A stretch of 64,000 nucleotides of DNA from the human T2T-CHM13v2.0 reference genome, Homo sapiens. The notes below the pieces were generated by a model. That model searched no databases. It was given only the letters and a program-made list of their open reading frames with translations, and was not told the DNA's origin. A program made the position numbers and the translations under genes. The stretch lies in assembly GCF_009914755.1 (NCBI RefSeq), contig NC_060925.1; one strand, given 5' to 3'. Below, in pieces: positions 31,842-49,888 of the stretch (its first letter is position 1; every line of letters begins with the position of its first letter).

Positions 31842-32842
31842 AAAAATGAGCAAAGGTGTGGTGGCTCAAATCTGAAACTCCAGCACTTTGGGAGGCAGTG
31901 GTGGAAGGATTGCTAGAGCCTAGGAGGTCAAGGCTGCAGTGAGCTGTGTTTGCATCACTGAACTCCAGTGATCAGACTGCACTCCTGGGCAACAGATCGA
32001 GACCTTGTCCCAACTAAAAAATGGGCAAAGGACATGAATGGAAGACATACATGGGGCCAACAAATATTTGAAAAAATTCTCATGCTCAATATCACTAATC
32101 ATTAGAGAAATGCAAGTCAAAACCACAATGAGACACCATTGCACACCAGTCAGAATGCCTACTGTGAAAAACAAAAAATAAGGTGTTGGCAAGGTTGTAG
32201 AGAAAAGTGCTTATACGCTGTTGGTGAGAATGTAAATTAGTTCAGTCACTGCGGAAAGCAGTTTGGTGATTTCTCAAAGAATTTAAAAGAAAACTACCAT
32301 TTGACCCAGCAATCCCATTACTGGATATATACCCAAAGGAAAATAAATTGTTCTACCAAAAAGACACATGCACTTACATGTTCACTGCAGCACTATCCAC
32401 AATAGCAAAGGCATGGAATCAACCTAGATACACATCAACAGTAGACTGGGGAGGAAAAATACGGTACATATAAAGCACGGAATACTATGCATCCATTAAA
32501 AGAATGAAATCATGTCTTCTGCAGCAAAAGAGATGCAGCTGGAGGCCATTATCCTAAGCTAATTAACACAGGCACAGAAAACCAAATACTGCATGTTCTC
32601 ACTTATAAGTGAGAGCAAAACTTTGAGACATGGACACAAAGATGGGAACAATAAGCACTGGGGCCTACCCCAGTGGAAGGTAGAAGGGGGGAGAGGGTTG
32701 AAAAGCTAACTATTGGGTACTATACTTACTACCTGCGTGATGGGTTCATTCATACACCAAACCTCCGCAACATGCAAGTTACCCATGTAACAAACCTGCA
32801 CATGTACCCCCTGAACCTAAAACAAATGTTGAGAAAAAAATT
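31842..32842 (+). mobile_element. L1P 3' fragment carrying a deleted Alu (31857-32015)
   Basis: ORF2 end/3' UTR ending AACCTGCACATGTACCCCCTGAACCTAAAA; AAAAATGAGCAAAGG / AAAAATGGGCAAAGG TSD around the Alu. Confidence 0.82.
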
Positions 32843-32969
32843 ACAGGAGTGGAGAGCAGGTTGCAGTATTAAGGAGTGGCCAGGAGAGGCCGTGTTTAGA
32901 AAGTGATTTAAAACACCCTTCCATACCCAAATGCACAGCCACCCCTACCCCTATCCCTCCTTCACCCCC

Positions 32970-33490
32970 CAACACATTTATTATCTCACAGTGTGTGTGG
33001 GTCAGGAATCCAGGCACCGCTTAGCTGGGTTGTCTGCTTAGGGTCTCCCTAGGCTACAGCCAAGGTATTGGCCAGGCTGCATTCTCCTCTAGAGGCTTGA
33101 CTGAGGAATCTGACTCAGAGCTCACTTGGGCTGTCAACAGAATCCATTTCTTTGTAGCAGTAGGACTGAGGGCCTTGACTTCTTGCCAGAGGTTGGCTAG
33201 AGGCTGTCCAGGGTTCCTTGAAGTCACCTAGTGTTCCTTGCCATGTGAGCTTTCCCCATATGGCCACTTCAAGTCAGCAAGGAGAGGCTCTAGAGCAAAT
33301 CTGCAAGCAAGAGAGCCTTGAAATTTAATATAATCACAGGAGTGACATTCTTTCACCTTTGCCATATTCTATTGGTTAGAAGTAAGTCGCAGGGCCTGCT
33401 CATACCCAAAGAGAAGGAGTTACACAAGGGCACAAACACCAAGAGGCGGGGATCATGGGGAGCCACACTGTAGTTTGTGGACCACACTAC
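32970..33490 (-). mobile_element. MLT1-type MaLR LTR
   Basis: CATTTATTATCTCACAG...GGGTCAGGAATCCAGGCA...CATATTCTATTGGTTAGAAG motifs. Confidence 0.7.
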
Positions 33491-33739
33491 CTTTTACTTT
33501 TTTTTTTTTTGAAAGGATGGGATGGAAAGGGAAGCAAATAAACATGACAGTTACCAGTGCAGGAAGATTTGTTTCTAGGTTTACCTTCACAGCCTTTATG
33601 GCCTTCCAAGCTGACCTGAGGCAATGAAAGCATCCTAGACTGGTAGTCTCCATGCCAACCAAGCTCTTTACTCATTCTTTGCACTTGGCAGTTTGCATTG
33701 CCACTTGCTATGTCATTTTAGTTTTTCCTTTCATGTTTT

Positions 33740-34670
33740 GTTTAAATAAACTTTATTAAGTATGCAGTTAGATAAATTTTAACAAATGTATACCACTGTA
33801 TAACAAACACCACACAATCAAGATAAAAAAATACTTCCATCACACCAAAAAAGTTTCCATATGTCCTACTGGTGCCACATGTTTCAAACCTTTCATACCT
33901 CTGGCTGCAGAAAACCACTGATCTGCTTTCTGTTGATAGATAGTTCTGTCTATTGTAGAATTTCATTGAAAGTGAATCATAAAATACAGACTATAGTATC
34001 TGGCTCTTAGAATAATGATTTTGAGTTTCATCCATGCTATTTGTATCAGTAGTACATTCATTTTTATTGCTGAGTAGTATTCCATTGTATGAATATAATA
34101 CAATTTGTTTATTCATTCATTTGTTGATGAATGTATGAGTTGTGTTCAGTAACAGGCTATTATGGATTAAGCTGCTATGAATATTCATGTAACAAGTCTT
34201 TGTTTTATTTCTTTTGGGTAAATGCCCAGTAGTGGAACTGTTAGGTTATATAATAAGTATATATAGATTAAATATCTCTTATCTGAAATGCTTGAACCAG
34301 AAGATTTTCAGATGTGTTCAGATTTTGAAATATTTGCATATACATAATGAGATATCTTGGGGATGGGACCCAAGTCTAAACATGAAATTTATTTATGTTT
34401 CATATACACCTTGTACACATAGCCTGAAGGTAATTATGTTTTTCTCTTGGGGATGCTGAATAAACTGGGTGTTGTGCCTGCATTTTTGCTGCAACCTTTC
34501 ATGAGGTCAGGTATGGAGCTTTCCACCTGAGGTATCATGTTGGTCCTCAAAAAGTTTTGGATTTTGGAACATGCTGGATTTTGAATTTTTAGATTAGGGA
34601 TGCCCAGTCGGTATTTCTGCCTATTTTCTGAATAGATACTGTCTAACTATTTTTCAAAGTGGCTATGCCA
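33740..34670 (-). mobile_element. Old L1M 3' fragment interrupted by a Tigger4/MER46-like DNA transposon (~34264-34611)
   Basis: L1M motifs either side; internal element with degenerate TIRs (ATCTCTTATCTGAAAT ... TTTTTAGATTAGGGAT). Confidence 0.7.
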
Positions 34671-34689
34671 TAGAAAATAATTTTCAAAT

Positions 34690-36838
<2,149 letters not shown>

Positions 36839-37471
36839 AGGTGGGCCTTTTCTTATCACCACTGCCTGAAATCTTTCCCTCTCTGTGCTCTTCCAGCAAT
36901 TGCCTACCCAAACCCTAGGCCCAGCCGACTTTGGAGGTCTCCAGTTGAACCTTCACCTTTTACTGGAATGGAGCAGTCTCTGCAAGAGGGGTTGGTGGAA
37001 GTAGGAAGCAAAAAAATTGAGAAAAGAAACAGTAAGAAGAGGAAGTTCTTGCAGGGAGAATTGTTTTTCAAGAGAGCTATATTTTTATTTTGAACAGCAT
37101 CCATTTGTTTGATAAATATATCATTATCTTCTGTGTGTGGGCATTGTGCTAGCAATGCTACAATGGTGAGAAGATAGAGGGAGTCCCTGCCCTCATGACA
37201 CTTAGAGTTTAGTGTCTGAACATAGTCCGAGCAGCATTGTGATACGCTGACTCCTGTTAAGTACAGTGCCTGTTATCATCCCTGCCCAGTGGTTTTGCTT
37301 CACTTATAATTACCTAGAGTCATTTTGGTATTTTGTTGGTTGATGGATGCCAGCACCCCACAAAACTCTCCAAGATGCTATGAGACCACAGGATTAACTG
37401 TGATTCAGGTCAGACTATGTCTTAATGCAAAGTACTTAAAGCAAATACATCTTTTTCCTAACATCTTATAG

Positions 37472-37782
37472 AACAGTGCTGTCCAACGTAAATATAAGCC
37501 ATACATGTAATTTAAATTTTTCTCATGGCCACATTAAAAAAAGTAAAAAGAAATATGTGAAATTAATGTTAATAATACATTTAAAACATTATCATTTCAA
37601 CATGAAATCAACATTTTACAATTATTAATGAGATGTCACATTCTTTTGTTGTAGTTAGTCTTTGAACTCCTGTGCGTGCTAAGTCTGAAATCCTTACAGC
37701 ACATTTCGATTTGGACTAGTCACATCTCAAGGGTTCAGTAGCCACATGTGGCTCATGCCTGCCATCCTGGATGGTACATCTG
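37472..37782. mobile_element. MER3/MER33-like hAT-Charlie DNA element
   Basis: CAGTGCTGTCCAA start, GTAGCCACATGTGGCT...TGGATGGTACA end. Confidence 0.65.
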
Positions 37783-38779
37783 TAGAGTCTACAGGGTAAG
37801 TGCTGTCCCTAGTGGAAGCAGAGCTTCAGAAGAGTTGCCTGATCATAGGACCTGGCTTCAGGACACAGCCAGGCTTCCAGGGAAGGAGTGACTGCTAGAT
37901 ATTAGAACTTAGTTTCTAATATCTTGTCTGTTTATTGTGTGAGATTCTGTGTAGGAAAAATGGTCCCAGACTTTGCAAAACACCAGTGACTGGCTTTGTC
38001 CTTTTTAGAGAACAGATCAAAGTATGTTTCAATCCAGAATTGAAAGCTGAATTTGGGGATAAATGTCAGATTATGTTAGGTGTTACAGATAATTTAAAAA
38101 TATTTAGCAAGTTTCCTATGCAACAATTTATCTGTAGAAAAATTAATATAGTTTTTATATTCCAAAGTAAGGTTTTACTTAGTTTCCAGTTCTATAGCTG
38201 CTGCCCAAAGAAAACATTTATGTGAGAAGTTAAGGAAGTAAAGGGTGGTTCCCGTGAGCTCCAGTTCCTAAATAGCTGAGAAAAACAAACATTCTGAACA
38301 TCCCCTTTAGCTCCTTCGGCAGGGCTGGGCTCCTGTCTCCACACAAGGTGTCCTGGGGCATTACAGGGGCTCCAGACTTACCCCTGGCTTTTGCAGGGGG
38401 CCTGCCCTTTGCTAAATTAAGCCCAGCCAGGCCTATCTGTGAACAGAGAGGCTCCAGCCGAGTGAGAGAGATTGGTTCTGCTAAGGAATGTCCTGGGGAG
38501 GGGAGAGAATCGCTGAGATCATGGGTATTTATGTGTATGTTTTCTCACTTGCCAGCTCAGTTGGGCCACATCAACAGAGGCCTCTGGGACACGACCAAGA
38601 TTCTAACAGAGTGACTATAGGGAATGAATAGCTCATGACACACTGAGAAGGGTTTAATTGGAGATCAGTGTGAATACCACAGCAGAATGTATCTTGGGAA
38701 CTCTGTGCTCAGAGTCTAAATAAAACAAGCAGAACACCTCATTTTCCCTCATTTTTCTTTTTGTTTAAAAAAATGGATT

Positions 38780-38935
38780 TTGTTTTTTATTTTATTTTTT
38801 ATTTTTTAGTTTTTTAAAATGAGATAGGGTCTTTCTATGTTGCCCGGGCTGGTCTCAAACTCCTGGGCTCGAGGGATCCTTCTGCTTCAGCCCCCCAAAG
38901 TGCTAGGATTACAAGTGTGAGCCACCAGGCCTGGT
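38780..38935 (-). mobile_element. FLAM/AluJ monomer
   Basis: Single reverse left arm with T-rich tail. Confidence 0.8.
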
Positions 38936-39977
38936 CAGATTTTGTTTTTTAGAGCAGTTTTAAGCTCACGGCAAAGTTAAGCAGAAGAGCCAGAGATTTC
39001 CCATTTACTCCCTGCCCCTACATACATACCTGTGTATATACAGCCTCCCCCACTATCCAAACCCAAAGATGTCTCATTTTGATATATCTTTTCTTGGATT
39101 CTTAAGCTTAGTGTTGACCAGAAATACCTCTTATTATGATTCATGCATCTGACTGTCTTTGGGAAAACTAACATTTATTGAACACCCACTATATGTCAGG
39201 TATTTTTTTTTTTAACATCTTTTCATTTACAACCCTGAAAGGTAGGGGTATTAGCACCATTAAAAAAACTAACAACAGAAGGAAATGAAACTTAGGTTAA
39301 AATGATTTACCTCTAGAATACAGAGATGAACTACGTGAAACTGTAAAAAAATGATTGAATGTCTCCATTTTTATATGGTTCAACCTAATAGAATGTTAAG
39401 AGGGCTCATATTTGAACCCAGGCCAATTTAGTTCAAAAGCCTATACTTTGCATTGTACTGTACTATACCCTAAAATTACTAGAATAGCACTGGATTCTTT
39501 ATTTTCCCTTGGGGGTGCTGTAGTTTCACATAGATGTAGATTTATATTCCTGTTCCTTAGAAGACTAGAACAGTGATGCTTAGAGAAAGAGCAAACCAAG
39601 GTATGGTATATCTTGAGTTAGAGTAGGAGTTGAGTTGAGTGGGAGCCTAAGTTTAGAGACTAAAGCTAGGAGTTATATGATGCACCCGCACTGATTCGTG
39701 TATCTGCTGCTATTTATATCTGCCACCTGTGTGCATTTCCATACAGCTGATTCTGGGTTCTCTTTTGTTTGTTACATGCTATGATAATCATTGGTTTAAT
39801 TAACCCCATAGGCTGTAAATTCTCTGAAGACTGTGATTCTGTCTGTCTTGCTCTTTCTAGTACCTATTAAAGTGTCGGCACATACCAAGTAGGTGCTTAC
39901 TAAGTATTTTATGAAAAAGCAAATGAATAAACAAATGATACTATCTCAGCTACTCTGTCCTCTGCCCAATGAGCACT

Positions 39978-39996
39978 GTCTCTGTCTTTGCCTCTG

Positions 39997-40053
<57 letters not shown>

Positions 40054-40057
40054 ACAC
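39978..40057. repeat. (CT)n(CA)n compound microsatellite
   Basis: Directly visible. Confidence 0.95.
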
Positions 40058-41519
40058 CCTAGCTGTGTCTATCCAAACACCTAATCTCCTTAGCACTCAT
40101 CCATGGTCTCAGTGCTTACTCAGACATGGGTGTCTGTGTTTGTCTAATCAAGGTAAACCAGGCTGGGAAAGGACTGGTATTGCTTTGAAGCTTTTACTAA
40201 GGACTGACATAGGTTGGGCTTGAAATATGACCTGAACAGAGCAGTTTTGCCATTTGAATGTGGAGCCTTATATTGAATAAACTGAAACTTTTCCACTTGG
40301 TTTTTTCCATCTCTTTGGAGAACAGGACTGGACACTAAAGCAGGCTCTGGCAGGAGAATGTCCTGGTCTTGCAGAATCTTCTGGTTGCTAAGGCTGAGGA
40401 CACAGCCCCACTGTCCTTTCTCTGGCAACAAAGGACATTTGTCACATGTTGGGGCGACTTATGTTTCTAATTTGGGACTTAACTGCACTAGTAAAAGACA
40501 GCAAATGTGGAATCAGTAGAAAGGTAGAGATTGTGCATTTGAATCAAGACTTTCTTCCACTTCACATTAAAGTGTAAAAACTTAATGCTTTGCATTTGAA
40601 TACCTTCTGATAGGTGGCTAGGTGTCTCACATAAGCGTAAAAGATGAGTAATGCAGGTGGTATTATCATTCTTATGGGCAAGAAGGAGAGGCTGTAATTC
40701 AAGTTAATTGTATAAAAGCATAAAGCTCTGGGGACGACCAGTTTAAGGTCACACAGGGAGTTAATGTTAGCCAGATATCTAGACCCACTAAGGCTTCATT
40801 TTTGCTCTAAAACTTATGAATGGAGTGAAACTCCATTTACAAAAGAATTCACTTGGAAGCTACTAAAATGTATTTCTGGGGATCCTGCAATGACCAGTCC
40901 TTTGTCTTTTGGTCAAGACAGATAGAGTCCTTTCTGAAAATGCTCAGTGCTTCTCCCTGTTTTATAGAGTTATGACCTTGCCCCATTGATGTCAGAGAAG
41001 CCTGGAGAAGAAATTCACTCTGCATACAAAAAAGATGTATGTACTACACTTTTCCTAGAAGAGATAAGATTCTAAAAATGAAACGTTTTAAAATAAAACC
41101 CATTCACTAATAGTTACTTTTCACTTTGGGTGAATAATCAGGAGTTACATCAGGGTTTCCCTACAAGATTTTGAAACTCTTCCTCCTGCTAAATTATTTT
41201 TTAAAAATTCCTTTAGTTTACAGAATTGATTAGGATGGGATTTGGTCATATTGATTTTTGTCCCAAATAAAGACTCTTTTGTGGAATGCCAGCTCTTCTC
41301 GGGCTTGCTTCCTACTATCTTGCAAAGGTGCAGTACCCATTTCCTTCACTCACTGACCTTAACACAACTCTGATTACACTGAGAACTCCTTGAGGTCAAG
41401 GACAATGATGCCAAGAAAAGCACTTAGGTTTTGGCAATCTTTAATCTCCAATACTTTCTTGTCGACTTTATCAATGAATGTATGCTGGTATGCTGTCAAG
41501 ATTTTTTAAAAACTATTTA

Positions 41520-41874
<355 letters not shown>

Positions 41875-43682
41875 TGAGTGGCTGCTCTTAGCCCAGCAGC
41901 AAACTTTGAGGGATATAAGCTTGCAGATGAGTTGAAATGCATACACATGAATGCACAAATGTGAAGTTAAATGCCAAAACAAAAATGTAAGCCATCAATT
42001 CAAAAGTGATAACAAAGTGTTTATTTCAGAAACTTATACTAAGAGTTACTGTGAGCCAAGAACTTTTATAAAACCTAGAAGGGGAGGCAGACATTTTAAA
42101 TAAGCAATGTAAGGCAGAGTCGGGTGAGTGCTATACTAGAGGTAAACATCAGATGACCTGGTATGAATCCTGGTTTACTAAGGACAATCTTGATTTTTGC
42201 CTGTTGCCCAGAGGTAATTATGATAGCACCTGTTTGTACTATCAGAAGAGTCTCAGTTATTAAATTATAGTCATATAAATTATAAACTAAGTACAGTTGA
42301 AGTGAAAAGAAATTATTAGTTCTGACTGGGAGGTTGGGGAAAGGTTTCTATAGGAGAGGATGTTTGAGCTGAACCTAGAAGAACAGGTTTAGAAAGAGAA
42401 ACCATCATAGGCTGAGAACAGTTCAGGCAAAGCCTTGGTGGCCTCCAAGGACACTTGTATGATTGATTTCTCAATCAGCAAATGCCCTTGTCTTTAATGG
42501 AGAGTAGTACCACCAATGGCTAGCGAGGTCTTGGAAATTATCTCACCATGAACTATCATCACTCAGAACTCTAGTTATCAGAAAAAATGGCTGCTGGGTA
42601 ATGACTGATGTCATTGTCATCCTGTGTCAGATCAGAGGGCACAGTTCAAGTTGGCTAAGGTGAGCAGGTGAAAGGGAGAGGAAGAGAGTGAGTGAAGCAA
42701 TGTGAAAGTTGAAGAGACTAAAGGATAAGAGGTGAAGGGAGAGAACTGTGCTTTTATTGGTTCAATCTGCCCAATTAAAGAAGTTGCAGTTCCTCTTTAA
42801 ACAAATCTTGTTTTTAATTTATTTCTGCATCTCTTCTTTCCTCCCTATATCCCATACTCTGTTGTATTCTGAGTCTCCCAAGTTTGAGACGTGCCTAGAG
42901 GCAGGTTTAATTTTCTTTATCCCTCAGTATTGGGAAACGGACTCTGCACCACTGAGTCTATGTAAGTCTGGTGGCTGAAAGAAGCTGCCACAGGGAGCCG
43001 AATTTTCATTGCTATCTATAACCTGAGTTTAGGTAATTCCAGAAATGAAAATGAAAAAATAAAAAAGAATATGGACATTTGCCTTTTTGGGATGAAAATG
43101 CCCCTTTTGACTTCTCATTATGTAAGTTTGAAAATTTTCACATATAAACAAAGACTACGAAAATAGTACCTCCCGATGTATGTGTCCCATTTACCAGGGA
43201 GCCATGTTCCCATCACTCAGCTTTAACGGTTCCCAACATTTTGCTGTTCTTTTCAGTGATCTCCCTGCACTGTTCGTTCTCCATCTTGTCCTCTTCCACC
43301 CCTTACAGCAACTCTCTGACATCATATAATTTTATTTGGGAAGATATCAGAATATAACTCTCACAGAGAAGGCTTTGTTTTTAAACATAACCACAATACT
43401 ATTATTGTACCCAAAAAGCTTAAAAATAATTCCATAATACCATCTAATACTGGGTCCATACTCAATCTTCCCTTTAAAAGTCCGTGTTAAGATCTGGAGA
43501 TTTTAAGTCAGTATTTCTGAGCTCCAATGTAGTGCACAGGAGTAGGATGTTTAGCCTTTCTTACGGAGAGCATGAGCAGTAGAAGAGGAGGCTGGAATCC
43601 TAAAGTGTATTCAATCTTCTATTGTCAATGGGTCAATAATATACCTATTAGAGAATATTCTTAGCTTAAAACTGAAAAAGTC

Positions 43683-44677
<995 letters not shown>

Positions 44678-44882
44678 TAAAAAGTTTTCCACATAATCTC
44701 ACAGCATTATCTATTACCTTCTCACTCATTCAACAAACATATCATTGTTAGTCCACTTCCGCCTCTTGTCATCTATTCCTTCTTTGTTCTCTTGTTGGTT
44801 CACTCTTTCAATGCTTTTACTGCACCAAGAGGTGAGAGACACTGCGAGGACCTCAGATTAGTCACAGCTGTCGGTTATTTGT

Positions 44883-45180
44883 TTTTGTTGTTGTTGTTTT
44901 TGAGACGGAGTCTTACTCTGTCGCCCAGGCTGGAGTGCAGTGGCGCGATCTCGGCTCACTGCAAGCTCCGCCTCCGGGTTCACGCCATTCTCCTGCCTCA
45001 GCCTCCGAGTAGCTGGAACTACAGGCACCTGCCACCACGCTCGGCTAATTTTTTTTGTATTTTTAGTAGAGACGGGGTTTCACCGTGTTAAGCAGGATGG
45101 TCTCGATCTCCCGACCTCGTGATCCGCCCGCCTCGGCCTCCCGAAGTGCTGGGATTACAGGCGTGAGCCACCGCGCCCGA
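44883..45180 (-). mobile_element. AluY with TSD
   Basis: CpG-rich reverse AluY; GCTG(T)CGGTTATTTGT on both flanks. Confidence 0.93.
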
Positions 45181-46439
45181 GCTGCGGTTATTTGTATCAG
45201 ACATTGTGCTGGGTACTTTACATAAATTCATTTATTCCTCACTACAAACTTTGAGGTAATTTTTGCAACCCCTATTTTATAAATGAGGAAATTAGGTTGT
45301 AAAAGTTGAAGTAATTTACACAAAAAAGGTCCCCCAGTTAGGAAGTGGCAGAAAGGTATGTGAACCTAGGTTTACTTATCCTGAAATTCCTGCCCCAGCA
45401 TGACAACGCTGAGAGGCAGTATCTTAATAACCAGCGCACCTGGGTAGTTCTGCCACACCATCATTTCCTCTGTCCTTAGGGAGTTTGCAATTTAAAAGGG
45501 TAAATAAGACAGGTGTAGAAATATGAAGCATTTACACAGGATGCCAATGTTGCAGTATGAAAAGAATATTTGAAAGCTCATAATGTCATCATGAGAAATT
45601 ACTTTTAATTTGGAGAGATAAAGTAAGGCTTCACAGGGGACGTAGCATTTAACCATGAAGCTGAAGGGCACACAATGATGTGGCACCAAGAAGCATAGGG
45701 CATGTTTGGGAAATCCAGTTAGGCTAGCAGATAATAATGGAAGATAAAGCTGGATAGGTAGATTGAGGTCAAATTTTGAATAGACTCTATTATCAGGCCA
45801 GTTGTGTATAATTTAATCGCTGTACAGTTAAAAATCGTTAAAAGGTTTTTTCTTTCTTTCCTTTTTCTTCTTTAGCTGGACCTGCATCACATATTAAATG
45901 CTTTTTGGACAGACGGAATGAAATAACCAGAGCTATGCTTTAGGGAAAATTTAAGTAGTAGAGGGACTGAGGTTGGGGAAACCAGATATGAGACTATTCA
46001 TGTACTCCAGTCCTGGGGAGAAGGAAGAAATACCTAATAGAAGTTTAATTTCAGCTTCATCATTGAAACTTTTTCTTGAGTTAGATGGGCGAACACTCCT
46101 TTGGAGGCATGAAGAAAGAGAAGTGCTTTCTTCCCATCTCCCCTTTCTTGAGTACATAAATTTCCTTAGATATCTTGACAAAGAGCCAAGAAGACTTGGT
46201 GATAAAATAAGCAAATGCAGTTAATTTGGAATCTACTGATGCTATAAAAGAATTTAACAATTTACACATGAATATTTAGTAATGGAGAATGAATAAATGT
46301 GATAAGCTATATGATGATTTTTCTACAGAAAGAAGGTGCAAGAAGGTTAGACTTTGATGTAAGATTATTGCTTTTACCTTGAAAACCCTTCTGGATTTCA
46401 GCCATCCTAGTTAGAGAGGGTAAATTGTTATTGTTTTTA

Positions 46440-46670
46440 TAGTTAATAATAGTTATCATTTTCTGAATACTGACTGCATGCCAGGCACTGTGCGATGTGA
46501 TTTTTGTGCATAATTTCATTTAGTCTCCCTAACATCCTTTGTAGATTGGTATCATTGTTATCTCCTTGATAGATGAGGTGAATGAGGCTCTTAGAGAGGG
46601 CAGGTGACTTGTCAAGCCCCCTTCTCGCCTTCAGAGCCTATGCTCTTGACCACTATACTTACTGCCTCCA
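46440..46670 (-). mobile_element. MIR
   Basis: TGCCAGGCACTGTG...AGATGAGGTGAATGAGGCTC...GGTGACTTG. Confidence 0.6.
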
Positions 46671-47099
46671 TATATTCTTTCAAGACTAAATGCAGCACAT
46701 TCTCTAATTCTATAATTTACCACATTCTACAAAATCAGACAAAACTGGGCAGTGTTTGCTAAGCTGGTCTCTCTGATAAAAGGCTAAAGCAAGAGTGGAG
46801 TGTTGGTTTCAGTTACGGCTTTTACCTTGGAGGTAACCCTTCTGGATTTCAATTTCCTTGTCTTTAAACTAAGAGAACTAGAACACAGAAATGCTGAGGT
46901 CTTCAAATCTGTGAATCTTTGGGCAAATTGGTCAAAGCATTGACTTCATTTTCTTCAGTAGGATTTAGAACAGATAGAACGTACTAATTTATGTCCTCTG
47001 TTTTTCTTCCTTTTAGATCTAAGTATTTTTCCTGGTAAGGCTGAGGTCTCTGACTGGCACTAGTTAGCCTGGACATGAAGGGAAAGTGAATCAAGGTTG

Positions 47100-47330
47100 T
47101 TGCACAGCTGTGTGCAAGGCATTGTTCTATGCTTATCATGCACATTGTCTCATTCAATCCTCACAGAATCCCTCGTGAATACTTATCTTCATTAAAAAGC
47201 AAAGCAACCACACTATACTTATAAGAAAACTGAGGCTCATAGTGATTAGTTAACCTGCCCAAGGTCACCTAGCAGGAAAGTGATAGAGCCAGGATTTGAA
47301 CCTAATTCTTTCTGGCTTTAGGTTGGTTTC
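47100..47330 (-). mobile_element. MIR
   Basis: GAAAACTGAGGCTC...TAACCTGCCCAAGGTCAC...GAGCCAGGATTTGAACC core. Confidence 0.7.
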
Positions 47331-48389
47331 ATAGTGCCTCTCACTTTCCCTGTTGTTTGTTTATTTTTATTTGAATATTCAAAGATTCCTCATGCAAAAA
47401 TAGTATTAATAGTAAGGGACTTTTCAGGGAACTTTCTGTTGATCAGTTTATACCTGATAGAGATTCCCTATGTCACATCATGAGACTAAGAACTAGGCAG
47501 AGGACATCCATATAGCTCCAGTCATTTGAGACCTCACGTATTTTTAGATATGAGATTTTTAAAAAATCTGCTCAAGCAGTTTTGGCTTATCTGAGGTGGT
47601 TTAGCATATCCAGACTTTTCTGATTTATATAAATTAGCCAGGCATAGGAATATCATTGATAATAACACTTCATAATTATAGATTCCATTTTCTTTCATAT
47701 GAGATTTAAATAGCTTTTTGCCCAGTCTTTGTCATTTTCCAGGTGGAGAAGCCTTAGCAGAATTTTACCCAAGGTCACAGAAGTGAATCAATTGGTGGCA
47801 GAAATAATAATAAACTTAGGAGTCCTCTTTCTCAGCACCATATCCTGAACACTGAATCCACTTGAAACATTATGGTCTCATGGAAAGCAAACTGCTGTTC
47901 CAAATGATAATGCTGTTGTTCTTGATGATGATGGTGATAATAATATTATTATAATTAAAATTATAGTTATACCTGTGTTAGAAACACTGTCCTAAGTCCT
48001 TTACATGTATTGATTTATTTATGCCTCACGATCCTCTCAGTAGGTTTATGAATGAGGAAAATACAATTATCTGCCTATTACAGATTAGGAAATTGCTCCC
48101 TCTTTGCATTTCCCACATAATTGAATGCATATTCCTTCACCTCTATGAAGGGCCAGTAGCTTAGGGACCATTTTTTATGAAGACATTTGAATTCCTTTAA
48201 GTATTGACCACAAAGCTGGGGACATAGCAACTGTTTAGCAAATCTTCTATTTTACTGATTCATCAATTGGTACAGATGAATTATTCTTGCAGTGCCAGGC
48301 CATGGAACTGATATAGAGATCTTAGACTTGTTCTTCATACAAAATTGAAATATGCGTGTTTCCATTTGTTAATCTTTTGGTATTTGTAT

Positions 48390-48582
48390 TGCAGAATAAA
48401 ATACAGGGTACTCAATTCAATTTAAATTTCAGATAAACAACAAACAATGTTTTAGCGTTTAAGTTATGTCTCAAATATTGCAAAGGATATACTTCTAATG
48501 AAACAAATTATTTGTTGTTTATCTGAAATTTAAATTGAAGTAGATATCTTATATTTTTATTTGCTAAATCTGGTAATGCTAT
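48390..48582. mobile_element. MER53-like palindromic MITE
   Basis: Perfect 29-bp inverted repeat 48416-48444 / 48511-48539; end TTTGCTAAATCTGGTAA. Confidence 0.75.
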
Positions 48583-49555
48583 TTAGTGTTCATAAAATAA
48601 TAACTTTAAAGGATATCCTGAAAAGACAGGGCTATCATTCCCTTCTTTTGAAGAAATTAGGACATTTTCATCTCACTGGATCTGAATCTATGTTCTAACC
48701 TTGGTCAAAAGGTACCTACTTATGAGGGGAACAAACATTCTTCTCAGTATGTCACTAAAAACGTACTAGTAATATGATCTAAAATGCCTTGAGTCCAACT
48801 GCCTTCCAGCTCTAAAATTCTTTAATTCTAAGTAACTCTCAAATATCTAAACCAGGTTTCTACTTTTCCCAATTAGTATTTGTGTTTCAACCACCCTGCA
48901 TGGAAACATGGGTTATGAAATGCCTTCACAAGTATGGTAGAAAATATGCTGCTATTGTGTGTTGCCTTGGACTTCTAGAAGTCTAGGTGTTGGTGGTTAT
49001 TATATGGCGATAGTAAAGTAAAATCCTCCCTACTGTTCTAGTACCCACAATACTACTTTTCACACTTTAGCTACTTTACCTTCAGTCTCTCTGTCAACCT
49101 CTGATCTAAAGACTTCTTTACTAAATAACATTCTTCTTGCCTAATACTGTATTATGGACTTCATCAGGGAAGGGACTAATCCATCTTTGCATGCTAACGT
49201 TTAAGCTGAAATAAAGTAATCCCTCAATTAACATTTTGCAGAAACCTCCTTAGGTTCCCCTACAAACCTGCCCCTATTTTAGTTAATAGAATGCATTCCC
49301 ACTGACATGCTGGAAATTTCAGCAGTCTTTGGTCCTCCCTCCAGTCTAATCTGAATCTCACAAGTCATCAAGGCCTGTGGCTTCTGTCTCTGAAATGTCT
49401 TTTGAGTCTTTCTCCCTGTACCTCTTGTCCTTAGACAGTCCCCCTCCCTATTCTGGTTAGTTGCCCCTGACCCACCCACCTTCTTCATAATTCCTTCTTC
49501 AACATGGACCCGATCATGCCAATGCTTTGCTTAAAGCTCCCTGATAAGTCTTTGA

Positions 49556-49888
<333 letters not shown>

